A stretch of DNA of 63,712 nucleotides, counting the filler, from Reticulomyxa filosa (Eukaryota > Protista > Foraminifera): NCBI GenBank assembly GCA_000512085.1. It is 15 parts of 15 records of this genome, joined end to end, with 100 filler letters (N's around TTAATTAATTAA, not from the genome) between each part and the next. Parts side by side here need not be neighbours in the genome. Positions count along the whole stretch, not along the records: positions 1 to 3,967 come from ASPP01009940.1; positions 4,068 to 16,920 come from ASPP01023835.1; 13 more parts are not named here. One strand, given 5' to 3'. Positions within the stretch are counted from its first letter, which is position 1. Each line of letters opens with the position of its first letter. The translations under genes and the position numbers were made by a program. Shown here piece by piece: positions 1-12,334 of the stretch. The notes below the pieces were generated by a model. It had not been told where the DNA came from. It did not search any database and was given only the letters and a program-made list of their open reading frames with translations.

Positions 1-69
1 TTTTTTTTTTTTTTTTTTTTTAAAAAAAACAAAAAAAAAAAAAAAGTGGGTAAATAAATAAATAAACAA

Positions 70-1574
70 ATGTATATACATGTATGTGCATATATGTACG
101 AAGGGGTCCCACTTGGCTCAAATGTAAGTTCGTCCGGAAGTGCAATCCCACCGTTAGTGACGCCAATGGCTCAGAAAGCGTCAGTAGTGGATGGAAAGCT
201 CCCGTTGTTTATTCCCCATTTCCTTTTGCCGAACTGGCTGCCTATGGACCATGCGAATGTCAGTCATGACACACCGCAAAGGAACAGCAAAAATATGTTG
301 GGGTCATATCAGACACCAACTCTGCTTCGAGGAAGAAGAGGCGAAGAAAAAGAAGATGTTGAAGAAGACAGAGAAAACGGAGAAGAAGAAGAAGAAGAAG
401 AAGGAGAAAATGGAAGAGAAAAAGGTCCGTTGAATTATGTCAACAACTTGATACACTTGAAAAAGAGACAAGGGCTCTGGATGCAACTGTCAACGCTAAT
501 ACTCATATTAACACCAGTCTCAACGTGGACCATGATATCAAGGAGCTCCCTTCTTGTGTGCTGTCTTCCACGCAGACGACGACGACGACGACACTGAACA
601 TGGACATTGGAGTGGACGTATCCGACGATAACAACGTGGCTCCGGAGTGCATGGCCACAAAACGGAGGGAGAGAGATGGAGATGTTGTCATGACCAAAGC
701 TGCAAATGTAAAGACAGCTGCGGAAGCCAATGAATCGACGGCCACAATAACAGAGCCTTTGAAAAAAAGAAAGCGGGGGCGACCAAAAGGCAGCAAAAAC
801 AAAAAAAACAAACAACACAAAGATCTTAATAAAACCACTCTGTCGTTGTCGCCGAAACGCAAACAAGGGTGTCGGCTTACATGTGAGATAATCTCAATGA
901 CTCAATATCATCGAGGAGTCCAAATGAGGAGGAGGAGGGCAAGGAGGGGGAGATGGAGAAGAGAAAAAAAAAAACAACAATAAAATATAAAATATTGACA
1001 CAAAAAAAAAAAAAAATACCAAAACTGAAATGTTGTGAACGATTCAGATAATGACACATGTGAAACGTCTCATCAGGAAACAAACGAAAAAGAAAACGCC
1101 ATACAAGAATGTTTACACTATCATTACGGCAATATTCCGGGCCTGTCTTTGGACTTAAATGTCGATCACAAACAACCGTTCAATTACTTGTGGTGGTATT
1201 GTGCAGTAACTGATGACGAAAATGAAAATAAAAATGAAACTGAAACTGAAACTGGGTTGGGGAAACGAAACGAAAAAAAAGAGGATAAAAAAAACAATAA
1301 TCACATTAATGATAACAATAACAATTGTAAAAATTATCTGAAACAATCAAAAGCGAGCAAAATTGAAAAAAACTCCAAACAAAAAATTGTCAATTCACCA
1401 AACCAGGAAACACGATTTCACTCTTCGCTTTTATTTGATGTTAATAACTTGCCTTATCTTGACAATGATGCATCTCATTTCAACAACCGTTTGTCCATGA
1501 ATCATTTTAACACCACTGCCCACTCTTTCAATTTCAGTGACCTCGTTGGTGCTGGTCCACAAACTACAAAATAA
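70..1574 (+). CDS. Low-complexity AT-hook protein, probably multi-exon and 5'-partial
   Basis: Overlapping ORFs 70-597 (acidic E-rich tract), 525-983 and 1035-1574 (N-rich). The 525 frame contains an AT-hook-like motif KKRKRGRPKGSKNKK (~765-810). Frame switches occur near A-rich runs. Confidence 0.45.
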
Positions 1575-2112
1575 GTATACAATCGCGCCAATTTCGAATT
1601 GCTTTACATTTTAGAGAGACCACTCGACATTGAAATCAATGAATTGTGGTGTAAGTCTATAATTGTTCGTTTTCTGGTTGGAATTTTTCTGTGTTTGTTT
1701 TGTGAGTTTTTTTTTTTCTTCCACATGTTATCTGCTAATTGATTTAGTTTGGGAGACTCGTCTTCTTTTTTGCTCTGGTACGCACTTTTTATTGCAAACG
1801 TATACCAAACAACCTTTAGTTTGCGACTAATAGCAGCATGTTTGATTCAAAAACTATTGTTTCAGGCACGTGAAAAAAAAGTCTGTTTAATAGTTCATGA
1901 GCAAGATAACTGTTTGGTAATACAACAAATTTTAAATGAAAAAAAAGAGTTTCAACCATTACAAACACCACGTAATCCACGATATTACAAAAACGAACCG
2001 AAATCATCGTCTTAATAGAGACGATCCAAAAATTGTAGAAAAACAAGATATATGTATTTTTCTAAAAACACCCCTTCCCTATTTCTCCATATGAAAAAAA
2101 AAAGGTGCTACT

Positions 2113-3054
2113 TTATGGTACAGCATGCGCACGAACAACCCGAAATTGGAATTTTTTCAAAATGAGCGAATGTAAGCAAAAACAAACTTGCTGATAGTGT
2201 GGTTCGGCAAAAGAAAACGATAAGAATAAGCAGACGAGATTGATGACACAATCAACAGCGATACTAGCAAACAAAAATAACTCCATGTGAAGATGAGGAT
2301 TTCTCAGTTGCAGACTAATTGCAATAACAACTACAGTAATGCATGTGCTTACAAGTGCAATAAAAGCCAACAATGTATACTTAGTCATAATACGTATTAA
2401 GTTCATTTGTTGAGAAGTCAATTCAACTGTATTTCCTGGATTAGTTGCTACACTATATCTTGTGCTCGCCAAATGTATTAATTTTCGTAAAAACATTGAA
2501 ACCAAAATAATATGACTTGTTACATATAATATTGTTGCACATGCGACAATCACTATGGAGGTCGAGCTGGATTGCTTTGGAGCAATTTTCAAGTTCAAAA
2601 AAATATACAAAATCACATAAATTGGAATGGGCACTAATAATACCCCTAATAACCGCCGAGATACCTGTAATCCAGGATTTCTTTCAAATGTGTAATACAA
2701 ACGTCCTACAAGTAACACATAGACACCAACCAAACCCAAATAATACATCGGAGTAAATATCAAAGCAACAGTCACTGTTTTCCTGGGCGATCCCTCCATG
2801 CAAAAAATGAATCCCATTGGTGATAATAATAAATAAAGTGACCAACAACTAGAACAGAAAATTGATGCATAACAAAAAAACTTCGATAAATTCTTTCTAT
2901 TTTCGTATAAATATTTCATCAGCGTCAGATAAGTCACGATCCCAATGAACGACCCTAAAAATGCTATACATACGCTTACTACCACACTACCTCTCGAACG
3001 TGAATCATCGCATACGGAGGTGGCCCATTCCACCAACTGAATATAATTCACCAT
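2113..3054 (-). CDS. Intronless 7-transmembrane receptor-like (GPCR-like) protein
   Basis: 313-aa ORF with about seven hydrophobic segments, 'GRLYYTF' after TM3, a basic 'IRIMTKYTLL' before TM6 and 'DCVINLVCLFLSF' in TM7. Confidence 0.7.
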   Translation of the reverse strand: MVNYIQLVEWATSVCDDSRSRGSVVVSVCIAFLGSFIGIVTYLTLMKYLYENRKNLSKFFCYASIFCSSCWSLYLLLSPMGFIFCMEGSPRKTVTVALIFTPMYYLGLVGVYVLLVGRLYYTFERNPGLQVSRRLLGVLLVPIPIYVILYIFLNLKIAPKQSSSTSIVIVACATILYVTSHIILVSMFLRKLIHLASTRYSVATNPGNTVELTSQQMNLIRIMTKYTLLAFIALVSTCITVVVIAISLQLRNPHLHMELFLFASIAVDCVINLVCLFLSFSFAEPHYQQVCFCLHSLILKKFQFRVVRAHAVP

Positions 3055-3967
3055 TTAAAGAAGCAGAAAAGGATAGCACGATTCGACCTGTTTTTTCCTG
3101 CACGTTTCTCCTTTTTTACGTGCACACACTCTTTTTTAAAGTACTTTGTTGCCAAACGTGAAAATTTAGAAATATTTGCATTGAATCTTTACAATTCATT
3201 TTAAAAAACTGGATTATTCGATTATATTATTATTTTTCCCTATTGGTTTATTAAATATTGTTTAGTTTTGGAAATAAAGCAAAATGAGTGAAATTTCTGA
3301 CAAAATATTTTCAAGTTCACAATAACCCCATCTCTCAAGCGTTGATGGTTTCTGTTGAAAAAATATTTTCAGATAAATCAAAAAAAAAGAAGGTTCTTCT
3401 TTCTGATCAAAAAAACCTGACAGCCAAACAAGATCATAAATGTTTAAATGCATAAAACAAGAAAAAAGCAATTTTCGAAAAAAGTATAAACATTTTTCTT
3501 GAAAAAACAATGGTTTGTGGAATCTATGTCATTTCATTTCTTTTTTTCACTCAAAAAGTTGTTCAGACAACTCAAAATGAACATGCAAAACACTGTGCTC
3601 ATTGCTTTTCATTAATCTTAATATGTTTATATATCTACGGCATAACATATATAAAAAAATGATTAATTCGACAGCAAAGCATATGAAAACAATACACAAA
3701 AAAGTGAAAACACTGTTAAAACATTGGGAGTATAGTCTTTGAAAAAACCTCCTTTCTATCAATTGTAAAAACAATCAAAGTAATGCACAAATAAACAAAT
3801 TCAAGTCTTTGGTGGTGACAAAACAATCCAACAAAAACCTCACAATGCGCCAAGAGAAAAGGAAAGGAGAAACATACAAAAGCAAAAATAACAAACAAAA
3901 AAAGGACAATGACAGAAAAAATAAAAATTTTGGAGAGATAAACTAAGACGTTCCAAAAGCTTTTTTT

Positions 3968-4067
3968 NNNNNNNNNNNNNNNNNNNNNNNNNNNNNNNNN
4001 NNNNNNNNNNNTTAATTAATTAANNNNNNNNNNNNNNNNNNNNNNNNNNNNNNNNNNNNNNNNNNNN
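3968..4067. other. Artificial contig spacer (N44-TTAATTAATTAA-N44). It recurs at 16921, 28730, 32397, 35172, 44565, 46665, 52755, 54252, 56434, 57791, 59501, 60776 and 62460.
   Basis: Identical 100-nt N-flanked linker with stops in all six frames, present 14 times. Confidence 0.98.
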
Positions 4068-4346
4068 ATTTTTTAATAATAAGAGTCATTTCTTTCCATT
4101 CTCCAAACAATGCACATTATAATTTGCTCCTTTCTTTTGTTTTATCTATTCAATCAGTTAAAAATGTGACACCCTATCGCTTGAAATTCTCAATATCCAC
4201 ATAAATACACTGTTCTTTTGTTGTGAGTTTTTTAGCTAGTTTTGGCTTACATCTCAGAAAAATTAGATTCGACAGGCCCCTTCTAATTGATAATTAATAA
4301 TTTGGTGTTGTCATACCAATTCCAAAGAAGAAACAATCCAAAGGCT

Positions 4347-5640
4347 ATGGATATTGAATCTGAAGAAAATTCAAATCCTGATACCATAATTCCTTTTCAA
4401 TCAATGAAAGCGCTACCTGTTTTGTTTTTCAAAAGCCAATGCGTGGCCTACAAAGACGAGATCCTTATTTGTGGGGGCTACTTTGTGAATGATTGTTATT
4501 CATATCACACAATAAAAGACGAATACATCCGCATCTGTGCTTACCCCAAGAATGTGGAGCTCTCAGGACATTGTGTGGTGAAGATTGGAAATCAGGATGA
4601 CAAAAATGCAAACGCTATCACATTGTTATGTTTCGGTGGATATAAGGCTAAGCAAAAATATGCATTGGTGATGAAGTATGTAAGTGTTTGGGAAAAGGTG
4701 GGCAGCAAAAGAGCAAGGGATTCGAATACATGGAAAATATTCAAAGATAAGTCTGATCATCCAATTTCGATTGGCAAAGAGGCAGTCGATTACAAAGAAG
4801 TGCGCGCAGTGGTTGGTGGAAGTAGCAATCATTTGTTATTTATCACATATCCTCCAAAGAATATTGATGTGTTTGATCTGAATAATTTGCAATTTCAGGG
4901 ACGATGCATATTGCCAACTTACACAAATATAGAATCCCATTGTTTGGTATTAAAAAGCAATGGCAATGCAGACAAAAAGAAAAAGAGTGAAATGGTGTTA
5001 TTTTGTAAAGATACAGGTTTATCCATTGAATACAATGAGGAAGGCAAGAAATTCCAATTTGAGAAATTTCGCGCTTATTCGAAGCTTAGATCATGTCATC
5101 ACTTTGCGTATGTATGTATAAATAATGAAATTTTATTCTTTGGTGGATATTCTGGAAACGTGTCAAATAGAGTGCACAAATACTCCATTCATGACGATGT
5201 CTGGATGACATATGAACACACTTTACCTGTTGCTTTGCAAGGCTCTGCAGCAGTGTTGAATGTCGACAACACATGTATATATCTCCTTGGTGGAAAGAAT
5301 AATCAGTGGATCAATTTGAAGATAAAAGCGGAGGAATTGATGAAAAAGCAAACGAAACAAGAGGAACAATGGGCCGTGGAAGAACAAGAGAGAAGAGAGA
5401 TTGAAATTATTAGAATGGAATGGAATAGAATGAAAGACGCGTTTGACATCAAAAAACTAAAAGTTATAGTTTTTTTTTTCTCATCTCTTTGGATGTTGCC
5501 GTAAATTTTGTTATTTGTCCGTCATAGCGACAAACAGAGATCGAAATTATCATTGCACAATGGTATCGATCTTTGTTTGTTAAATTGAGATGGGTGGACG
5601 AATTGAATAAAATCGTTTCACGATATGTTATGGTATATTA

Positions 5641-5671
<31 letters not shown>

Positions 5672-6595
5672 GATCTTGTTTTTTTCATTTTGTAAGCAAT
5701 ATAAATATATTGGACAGCTGAAATATTTCAAATTATTGAGAGAGTTACCTGTGCACCATTCTTACATTAATAGTGTAAGATTTTCACCGGACGGAAGTAG
5801 AATTCTTTCGTCTTCGAAAGATCAAACCGTTCGAATATGGGACACCAGATCAGGACACGAGATATTTGTATTTAGAGGTCATTCCAATGCAGTCAATGAT
5901 GCGCAATTTTCTCCTGATGGTAGTCTGGTGATATCATGTTCAAAAGATAAAACAGTCCAAGTGTGGGGTATGAATTCAGAACAAGGAATAAGAAAACGGG
6001 AAAAGTTGTCAACTGCGCTCAAATTTCACCAAATGGCAAACTTGTGTTGTGTACATCGAGAAAAGTAATTCGATTGTTAGATGCCAAATCTGGGGTGCAG
6101 CTTAAAGTATTAACTGGACATTCGCAATTTGTATATTATGCTCAATTTTCGCCAGATAGTCAAACCATTGTGTCCGCGTCTTCGGACAAAACTGTTGGAT
6201 TATGGAATGTGTCAAGTGGTGAACGATTGTATCAATTAATTGGACATTCGGATGCTGTTGTCAAAGCAAGATTTTCTCCGGATGGACTTTTTGTTGTGTC
6301 TTGTTCAAGCGATCAAACTATTCGAATATGGGATACAATATCAGGAAAGATGTTGCAAGTATTCGAAGGAGAGTCAAATCTTGTTACTGATGTGCAATAT
6401 TCACCAGATGGCCAAACTATTTTCTTGAGTGCGGGTGATGGAACTATCAAGCTATGGGATGTGAAATTGGGACTTGAAATACAAAAATTGAAAGTGCGTT
6501 CGTCTGCGGTAACAGGAGTGGATATTTCACCGAATGGTGATTTGCTTGCTTCATCTTTTCGAAGTGGAGAAATTCAGCTGTGGGTACCTTTGTAA
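4347..6595 (+). CDS. Kelch-repeat plus WD40-repeat fusion protein (2 introns, 1 frameshift)
   Basis: ATG at 4347. Kelch motifs (ILICGG, LLCFGG, ILFFGG, IYLLGG). Intron ~5463-5527, then linker exon RQTEIEIIIAQWYRSLFVKLRWVDELNKIVSRY, then intron ~5633-5718. About 7 WD40 repeats follow (GH...FSPDG...S.D.T.RIWD). Frame changes near 5990-6000. Confidence 0.8.
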
Positions 6596-6994
6596 GGCAT
6601 TTTTTGGGTAATCTTTCTTTTTTTTTTATAACAAGAAAAATTTACTTTCAATTGCCTTCAACAACTTTTTTTTCTTGTTCATTTTTTTTTACAAATCTTA
6701 AATAAAGAATGCTATTTATATTCAAATTCAATTAATTCCTATATCTTCCGTCTTCTTCGACCACAGCTTTTTTTTTGTTTCTAAGATGTGTAGATAATTT
6801 TATTTTATATTGTAAAAAAAAATTTCAAAAATATTGACGCAACAAGAATTTGCATCGATATTTTCAGCTGTAATTGCAACCTTAGCTTAACACGACAAAA
6901 GGGCAAGGACAAAAAGACTAGGTTTTTTTTAGTGGATCACACGGCTCCGTTTTATATAAAAAAAAACTTCAAATTTTCCATACTGCATTTTAAA

Positions 6995-9952
6995 ATGAGA
7001 AACAATCAACAACAGCTGTCTAGGTTTTTTTTATTATCTGAGACAACTATATTGTAATGCGTTAACTGGTGCTAGCATACTTTTATCACAAAAAAAAGAG
7101 AAGTACAACTTCTTCAAGAAGAATTTAGCGATATTGAGCGAGAGATAATATTGAGAGCGTGGAAACAATCTGACAGCAACATTGACGAGGCCAAAAAGAT
7201 ACTCACTCTTATTTCCGAAGAGTGTGATCAAAAGTTTTTTGCGTGTTCTTTTTTTTTTAATGCAAAAGACAGGATAAAACACGTTTGAAATGAACAAGAA
7301 CAACTTGCCCTTCAATCTTTCGACAAGATCCATTAATGAAATTATTTGAAGTTTTTGGCAAATATGTTGATAAGCGCAGCATTTTAGAGGTTTGGCGTAA
7401 GTCCAATCAAATGTATTCCGACGCAGTGAGAAAACTGAAGAAATTATGTCAAGAAAGTATCAATAAGTTATATGTTGTTAGTATATATGTAATACATATA
7501 TGTATATGTTATTATTATGATTGGTTTGAAATAGATTGAAATCAAATAATGCAACGACAGAAATTTCCCAGGAAATTTGTTTATTTATATTATGGAATAT
7601 ATTAATCAATCCAAACAAAATGAATTATCGTGAGATAAATGGCGAAAGATTGCGCAATAATTTGAAGAAGAAATGTGAGCAGCAAAGTAGTGATTTCAAT
7701 AACGTGATACAGGAGTGCGTTGCCTATCTGTACGAATTTGGTTTTCACAAGAAAGCGGACGACAATTGGTACCACCACAATCCGCTTGATATAGTACGGT
7801 TATGGGATTGGTATAAACACTTAATAGCAAAGCGGTTCATTAAAAAAAAAAAAAAACAAATTGAATGGAATTGTATGGTAAATCTATTTCTTTTATTTGT
7901 TCAATAGATATGCTCAAAAATATCGATTTCCACAACTGGTATGGATGTTGAAAGATAAGAAATGGAGACTACATGACACCGTATTTGATTTTGAACACCG
8001 GAGAATAGGCTTATTAGATCTTAGTAACGAAAAGCCAATCGTTGAGACAATACAAGTTGGATATCCGAAAAAAAAGGAAGAGAATTGCGTGTGGATATTC
8101 AATGGGAAAATGATGTGTCGACAGTCGAAACACTTACAACTAAATGGCGTGTTGTTATTCTTAATCGTGCTTGGCATTTTAGTATGTTTTCATCCAGAGA
8201 AAGATTACGATTGTGTAAAGTACTTTCAGTTAAGACAAAACAAAACTTTTTGCGTATTAAAAAATTTTGTTTTGTCTTATTTTTTGAAAAATACAAAAAA
8301 ATTAAAATTCATAAAGGAATTCAATTCATTTCGTATTGTATGGAAACCTGACACTTATCAAACAAATTATGAACCAGTGCATCCTTTCATTACAACTTTT
8401 AAGCAAGTGTTTGAAAGATTGAAACGAAAAATGCGAATAAGTGAAAGTAATTTTTTCAGAAGGCGATGAGTTGCTTATGTTCAAATGTGTATTTGATAAA
8501 TGTAAGCCACCAATTCCTTCCAATGTCAGTGAAAATACTTTATTGCATGATATTTACAAAGATATGCCTGGTTATCCACAAGTTGAAGTGGTGTGGATAA
8601 TAGAAAGTTTTTGTATTATTCCATATGAACGTACATTCCATTTAAATCGAAATAAATTTTTAAACCGTGATAAAAAAGATCTGGCGACAACACTGGAGCT
8701 AGAATTTGCAAATCGAAAATTGCATTTGAATCCTTTCCTTCACCGAGATGACTATTACACGTTTCAACAAAAACAAAATTTTTTAATTAGCAATTTAAAC
8801 ATTCACGAGGAAATGTCCAATGAACAAATATTAAAAGACTTATTGTATGAAATAATTCAAAAGGGCTATTTATGTGATTTGATTACAAATGAAAACAAAC
8901 TTGATGAAAGCAAAATTAAAGAAACGATCAAATATGAAGAAAAAAAAAGTGAACAACATGGGAATGAAAAATACAAATTAATATTGGATGATAGCGTTTT
9001 AACTATATTGAGGCAGGTCAAATGTATTTATCATTCTCCTATTCACAAACATATGGGATATCCACTTACTTTGCATCATATTTGTGCTTTGTTGCTTTAT
9101 TGTAAAAAATCATGTCGCATTCAATGTATTAACGATCAAGCCTGCTTCAATTACTATGAATGGAAAAATTTTGATTGGTTTTTATATAATGCTATTGTCA
9201 TTTTATCAAGACATGAAAGAAAAGAGGAAATAGAAGATGAATTATATTGTGGAATCAATGGGAAAAGATTCGGCGATATCACTGCAGAAATAAAGCCAGG
9301 TTATTTTATTTTTCCTGTGATTACAACGAATCATATGGAAATCGCACAATTTTGTCAAGGAGATAAGGGCTGTATTGTAAAGTTTCATCCGTCAATGAGA
9401 AGGTCACGTTTTATATCTAGTGCCAATGTGTCATGGCTATTTCCAACTCAATTTCATCAGACAATTTTATTTGCAAGAACTGGACCAAATACAAATGAAA
9501 AGACAGAAGAATTATTTTTATGGAATGCACGGATTGAAAATGAAGACAAAAAGACACAAACAATATTGTTAACGTGGGCAATTTATGATAAATATATCAA
9601 ACAAGTAATAGAAATTAGTTCTCTTTGGAATCATGTTGTGGATTTAAATTTTATTTTTTTTATGCTGCTTAGCTATAAGGACAAAGATACGATTATTAAA
9701 TATCTGTCATATTTTGAAAAATCGTCAACGCAAAACAATAATGAAGAAGCTTATAAATTAATGATGCAAAAGTTTTATCCAAATCGTGCATGCAATTATG
9801 AAATCAACTTATTCTCGATTTTTCTTGAACGAGCAGGCTTACTTCGACCTTTGGAACACGATGCTGTGAGTTATGCGACTTGGTGGACAATCTCCATTAG
9901 TTTACCATTTGTTGAAAAAGATAAACAAGCTGCAATAACTTGTACAAAATGA
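6995..9952 (+). CDS. Multi-exon protein with CUE-like repeats, a PUB-like domain and a C-terminal ADP-ribosyltransferase-like domain with degenerate catalytic motifs
   Basis: Exons encode 'ILSEEIILRAWKQSDSNIDEAKKIL' and 'FGKYVDKRSILEVWRKSNQ', then PUB-like 'LWNILINPNKMNYREIN...LYEFGF', then ART-like 'LYCG...VITT..IAQF...GCIVKF...ANVSWL...HQTILFAR'. Frameshifts fall in homopolymers at ~8070 and ~8455. Confidence 0.6.
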
Positions 9953-10374
9953 TTTTTCATCCATTAAACTTTTGTTTTATAAAAAAAGTATTAAAATATC
10001 AAGTGTACATATAAAGTAGATACGATTGCTTTATCTTTGATATAAACCTTGAAATCTCTTTTTCAAAACTTCTCACAACTTATTTCTCTTTATTTTTTTA
10101 ACCTGTTTTACATGGCCGATTTCTATGTTGGAAATGGTGTTTTATGGTAATGTGATGTTTTTATTATCAAGATAAAAAATTAGTTAGTTGATTGTCTTTT
10201 TTTGTTTTTTCAGTATTTAGTATTTTTAATATTATTTAATTGATTTAAATCAAAAGTGCTGTTGCATAAAACAAATGCCAAAAAAATTGTAAGAAAATTC
10301 ATATTTAAATAAAAGACTGTACACTTAAAATGGCAAGAAAAAACGTTTAAAAGATATTAAATCACGTTTATGTA

Positions 10375-10639
10375 CAATCGACAGCTAAAAAGATCATCTA
10401 AAATGAACCCTTATGAAAATTCATGTGTTTCTTCATGAAAAGTCAACATTTATTCGATTCTTTTTTAAATAATATCTACGCATCGTGAAGAATCTAAAAA
10501 TGTAAAAAAAGTATAGAAAACATCAAAAATTGTTTCATTTTCAAAAAATGAAAAAAAACATTAATGTTGATTTTTCATGAAGAAACACATGAATCTTCAT
10601 AAGGGTTCATTTTAGGGGAACTTTTTTAGCTGTCGATTA
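10375..10639. mobile_element. MITE (Tc1/mariner-type) with ~75-bp imperfect terminal inverted repeats and TA target-site duplication
   Basis: TA|CAATCGACAGCTAAAAAG...GAAAAGTCAACATT (10375-10450) pairs with AATGTTGATTTTTC...CTTTTTTAGCTGTCGATTA|TA (10563-10639). No ORF inside. Confidence 0.85.
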
Positions 10640-11327
10640 TATCTCAAAAAAACTATAAAAAAACAAAATTTTTAACACACAGAAACTGCAATTAAATTTT
10701 TAAAAATACGTTAAATTACCAATTTTATCATTAGAAACACTGAAACATTCTAAAGTAGCATAATACTTGATATTTTTTTGTAAACTACTGTTAATGTAGT
10801 TACACATGTGATTTTATTTAAAAAAGGTAAAAAGCACTGTTAATAATTTCTTTTCTTTTGAAGATAGCAATTACACTTGAAAAATTGGATTTGAGCAAAC
10901 ATGATCGCAATGACATTTTTATTTGAACATGTTGCGTTTGTATGTGGAGATCAATTCTCTATGTTACGCTACATACATTTGCAAGAAAAAGGCAATGCCA
11001 AAGGAAGAGAGGATGAGTATTGCCTTAAGGAATATTGAATCTCATACTTCATAATGTGCAAATTCAAAATCAAGGCTAGGTCTGATGCCTTTTGCGAGAG
11101 ATCCCTTTTTAGGATGAGACCACGCTACAGCCAATCAATCTTGCGGTACAGAAAGGTGCTCCCGATGCTCTTTTTTCCTCCTTACTTACAACGCAAATGC
11201 GCGTCGCTTTTAAAGCCCAAATTTAACCAATTTAAAAAAAAACAAATTTAAAAGCTGTACAAAAAAAAAAATGGGTAATACTTTTTTTTTTTTGTATTGA
11301 AATTAAAAAAAAGACAATGGAATTGTA

Positions 11328-12334
11328 TCAAGCCCAGAATCCAATGACTGCCATGAGGATAGCTCCTAAATAAAGTGAGGCAAAGCAAATAGTTCGCCTG
11401 GAGACAGGTTGCTTATTAAACGGCGTTTTTCCAAACTCCTCAGAAATCAAGGTAACCAACGACGTATACACCAAGACGCCAGCAGCCATCGCATTTAAAA
11501 TGCCTCGGGTAAGAACGCCTGCGGTCGAGTCTGGGGAGCTAGCGTGATGAAGACCAATACCAATGGCAATTCCAGTGGGCGTAGTAATAGAGTATACAAA
11601 GGCATTAGCAAATGCGGTTGTCATGTGTTCGTAATTAATTTCACTAATACGATAGCCGAGACCAATACCTTCGAAAAACTGGTGGAACACCAAAGCAATC
11701 AGCAACGTCTGAAACTCGGATCCAGCGACACCCAAGTCTGCTCCAATAATAATCGAGTGAACCGCAATGGCACATTCCAATACATACAGTGAAATACGAT
11801 TTTTGGCATCCAAAAAAATCCATGACTATGCCCACCATGTTCGTGGCTGTGTCCGCCATGTCCATGACTGTGTGCGTGATGACTATGGTCATGATGCTCC
11901 TTATCATGCTTTTCCATTTTTTGCACTACGTCCATCTCCTTTCCGCTCTCTGTCTGGTCGGATGTGGCACTGCTATTTGATTCTGTGTAACGCAATACCA
12001 CGTACTCGATCAAGTGGATAAGCAAAGCCGAAAACAGTGCAAAAAACCCCCCTGCCGCAGGATACGTTGTAGTCCAGAACGTTGGTAGGCACTCATCCGT
12101 CAATGTCTCCAACGCATCCGGAAGAATGTGCACGAATCCTGTTGCTGTAATCACCCCTGCCCCAAAAAACTTTCCTACCTCTAACGCAAATCCAATGTTC
12201 GTCCATCCCTGGTGCTTTGCAAAGATTGGAAATCCTACGCCCAACCAACTCGTCAAAAGTATAATAAATATCGCCCCAACATGAATGGATTGATCGTAAT
12301 CGTTTTCTTTAGTCCCTGAGCAAGGATCGCCCAT
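11328..12334 (-). CDS. ZIP (Zrt/Irt-like) zinc/iron transporter
   Basis: 'KFFGAGVITATGFVHILPDA', His-rich loop HDHSHHAHSHGHGGHSHEHGGHSHG, 'VHSIIIG' and 'FHQFFEGIGLG' signatures. Split by one frameshift in an A7/T7 run at ~11812-11818. Confidence 0.92.

Noticed and set aside
8060-8470. Programmed ribosomal frameshifting in the PUB/ART gene, with similar breaks at ~420 and ~11815
   Set aside because: The breaks fall in A/T homopolymers across unrelated genes, which is typical of homopolymer sequencing error.
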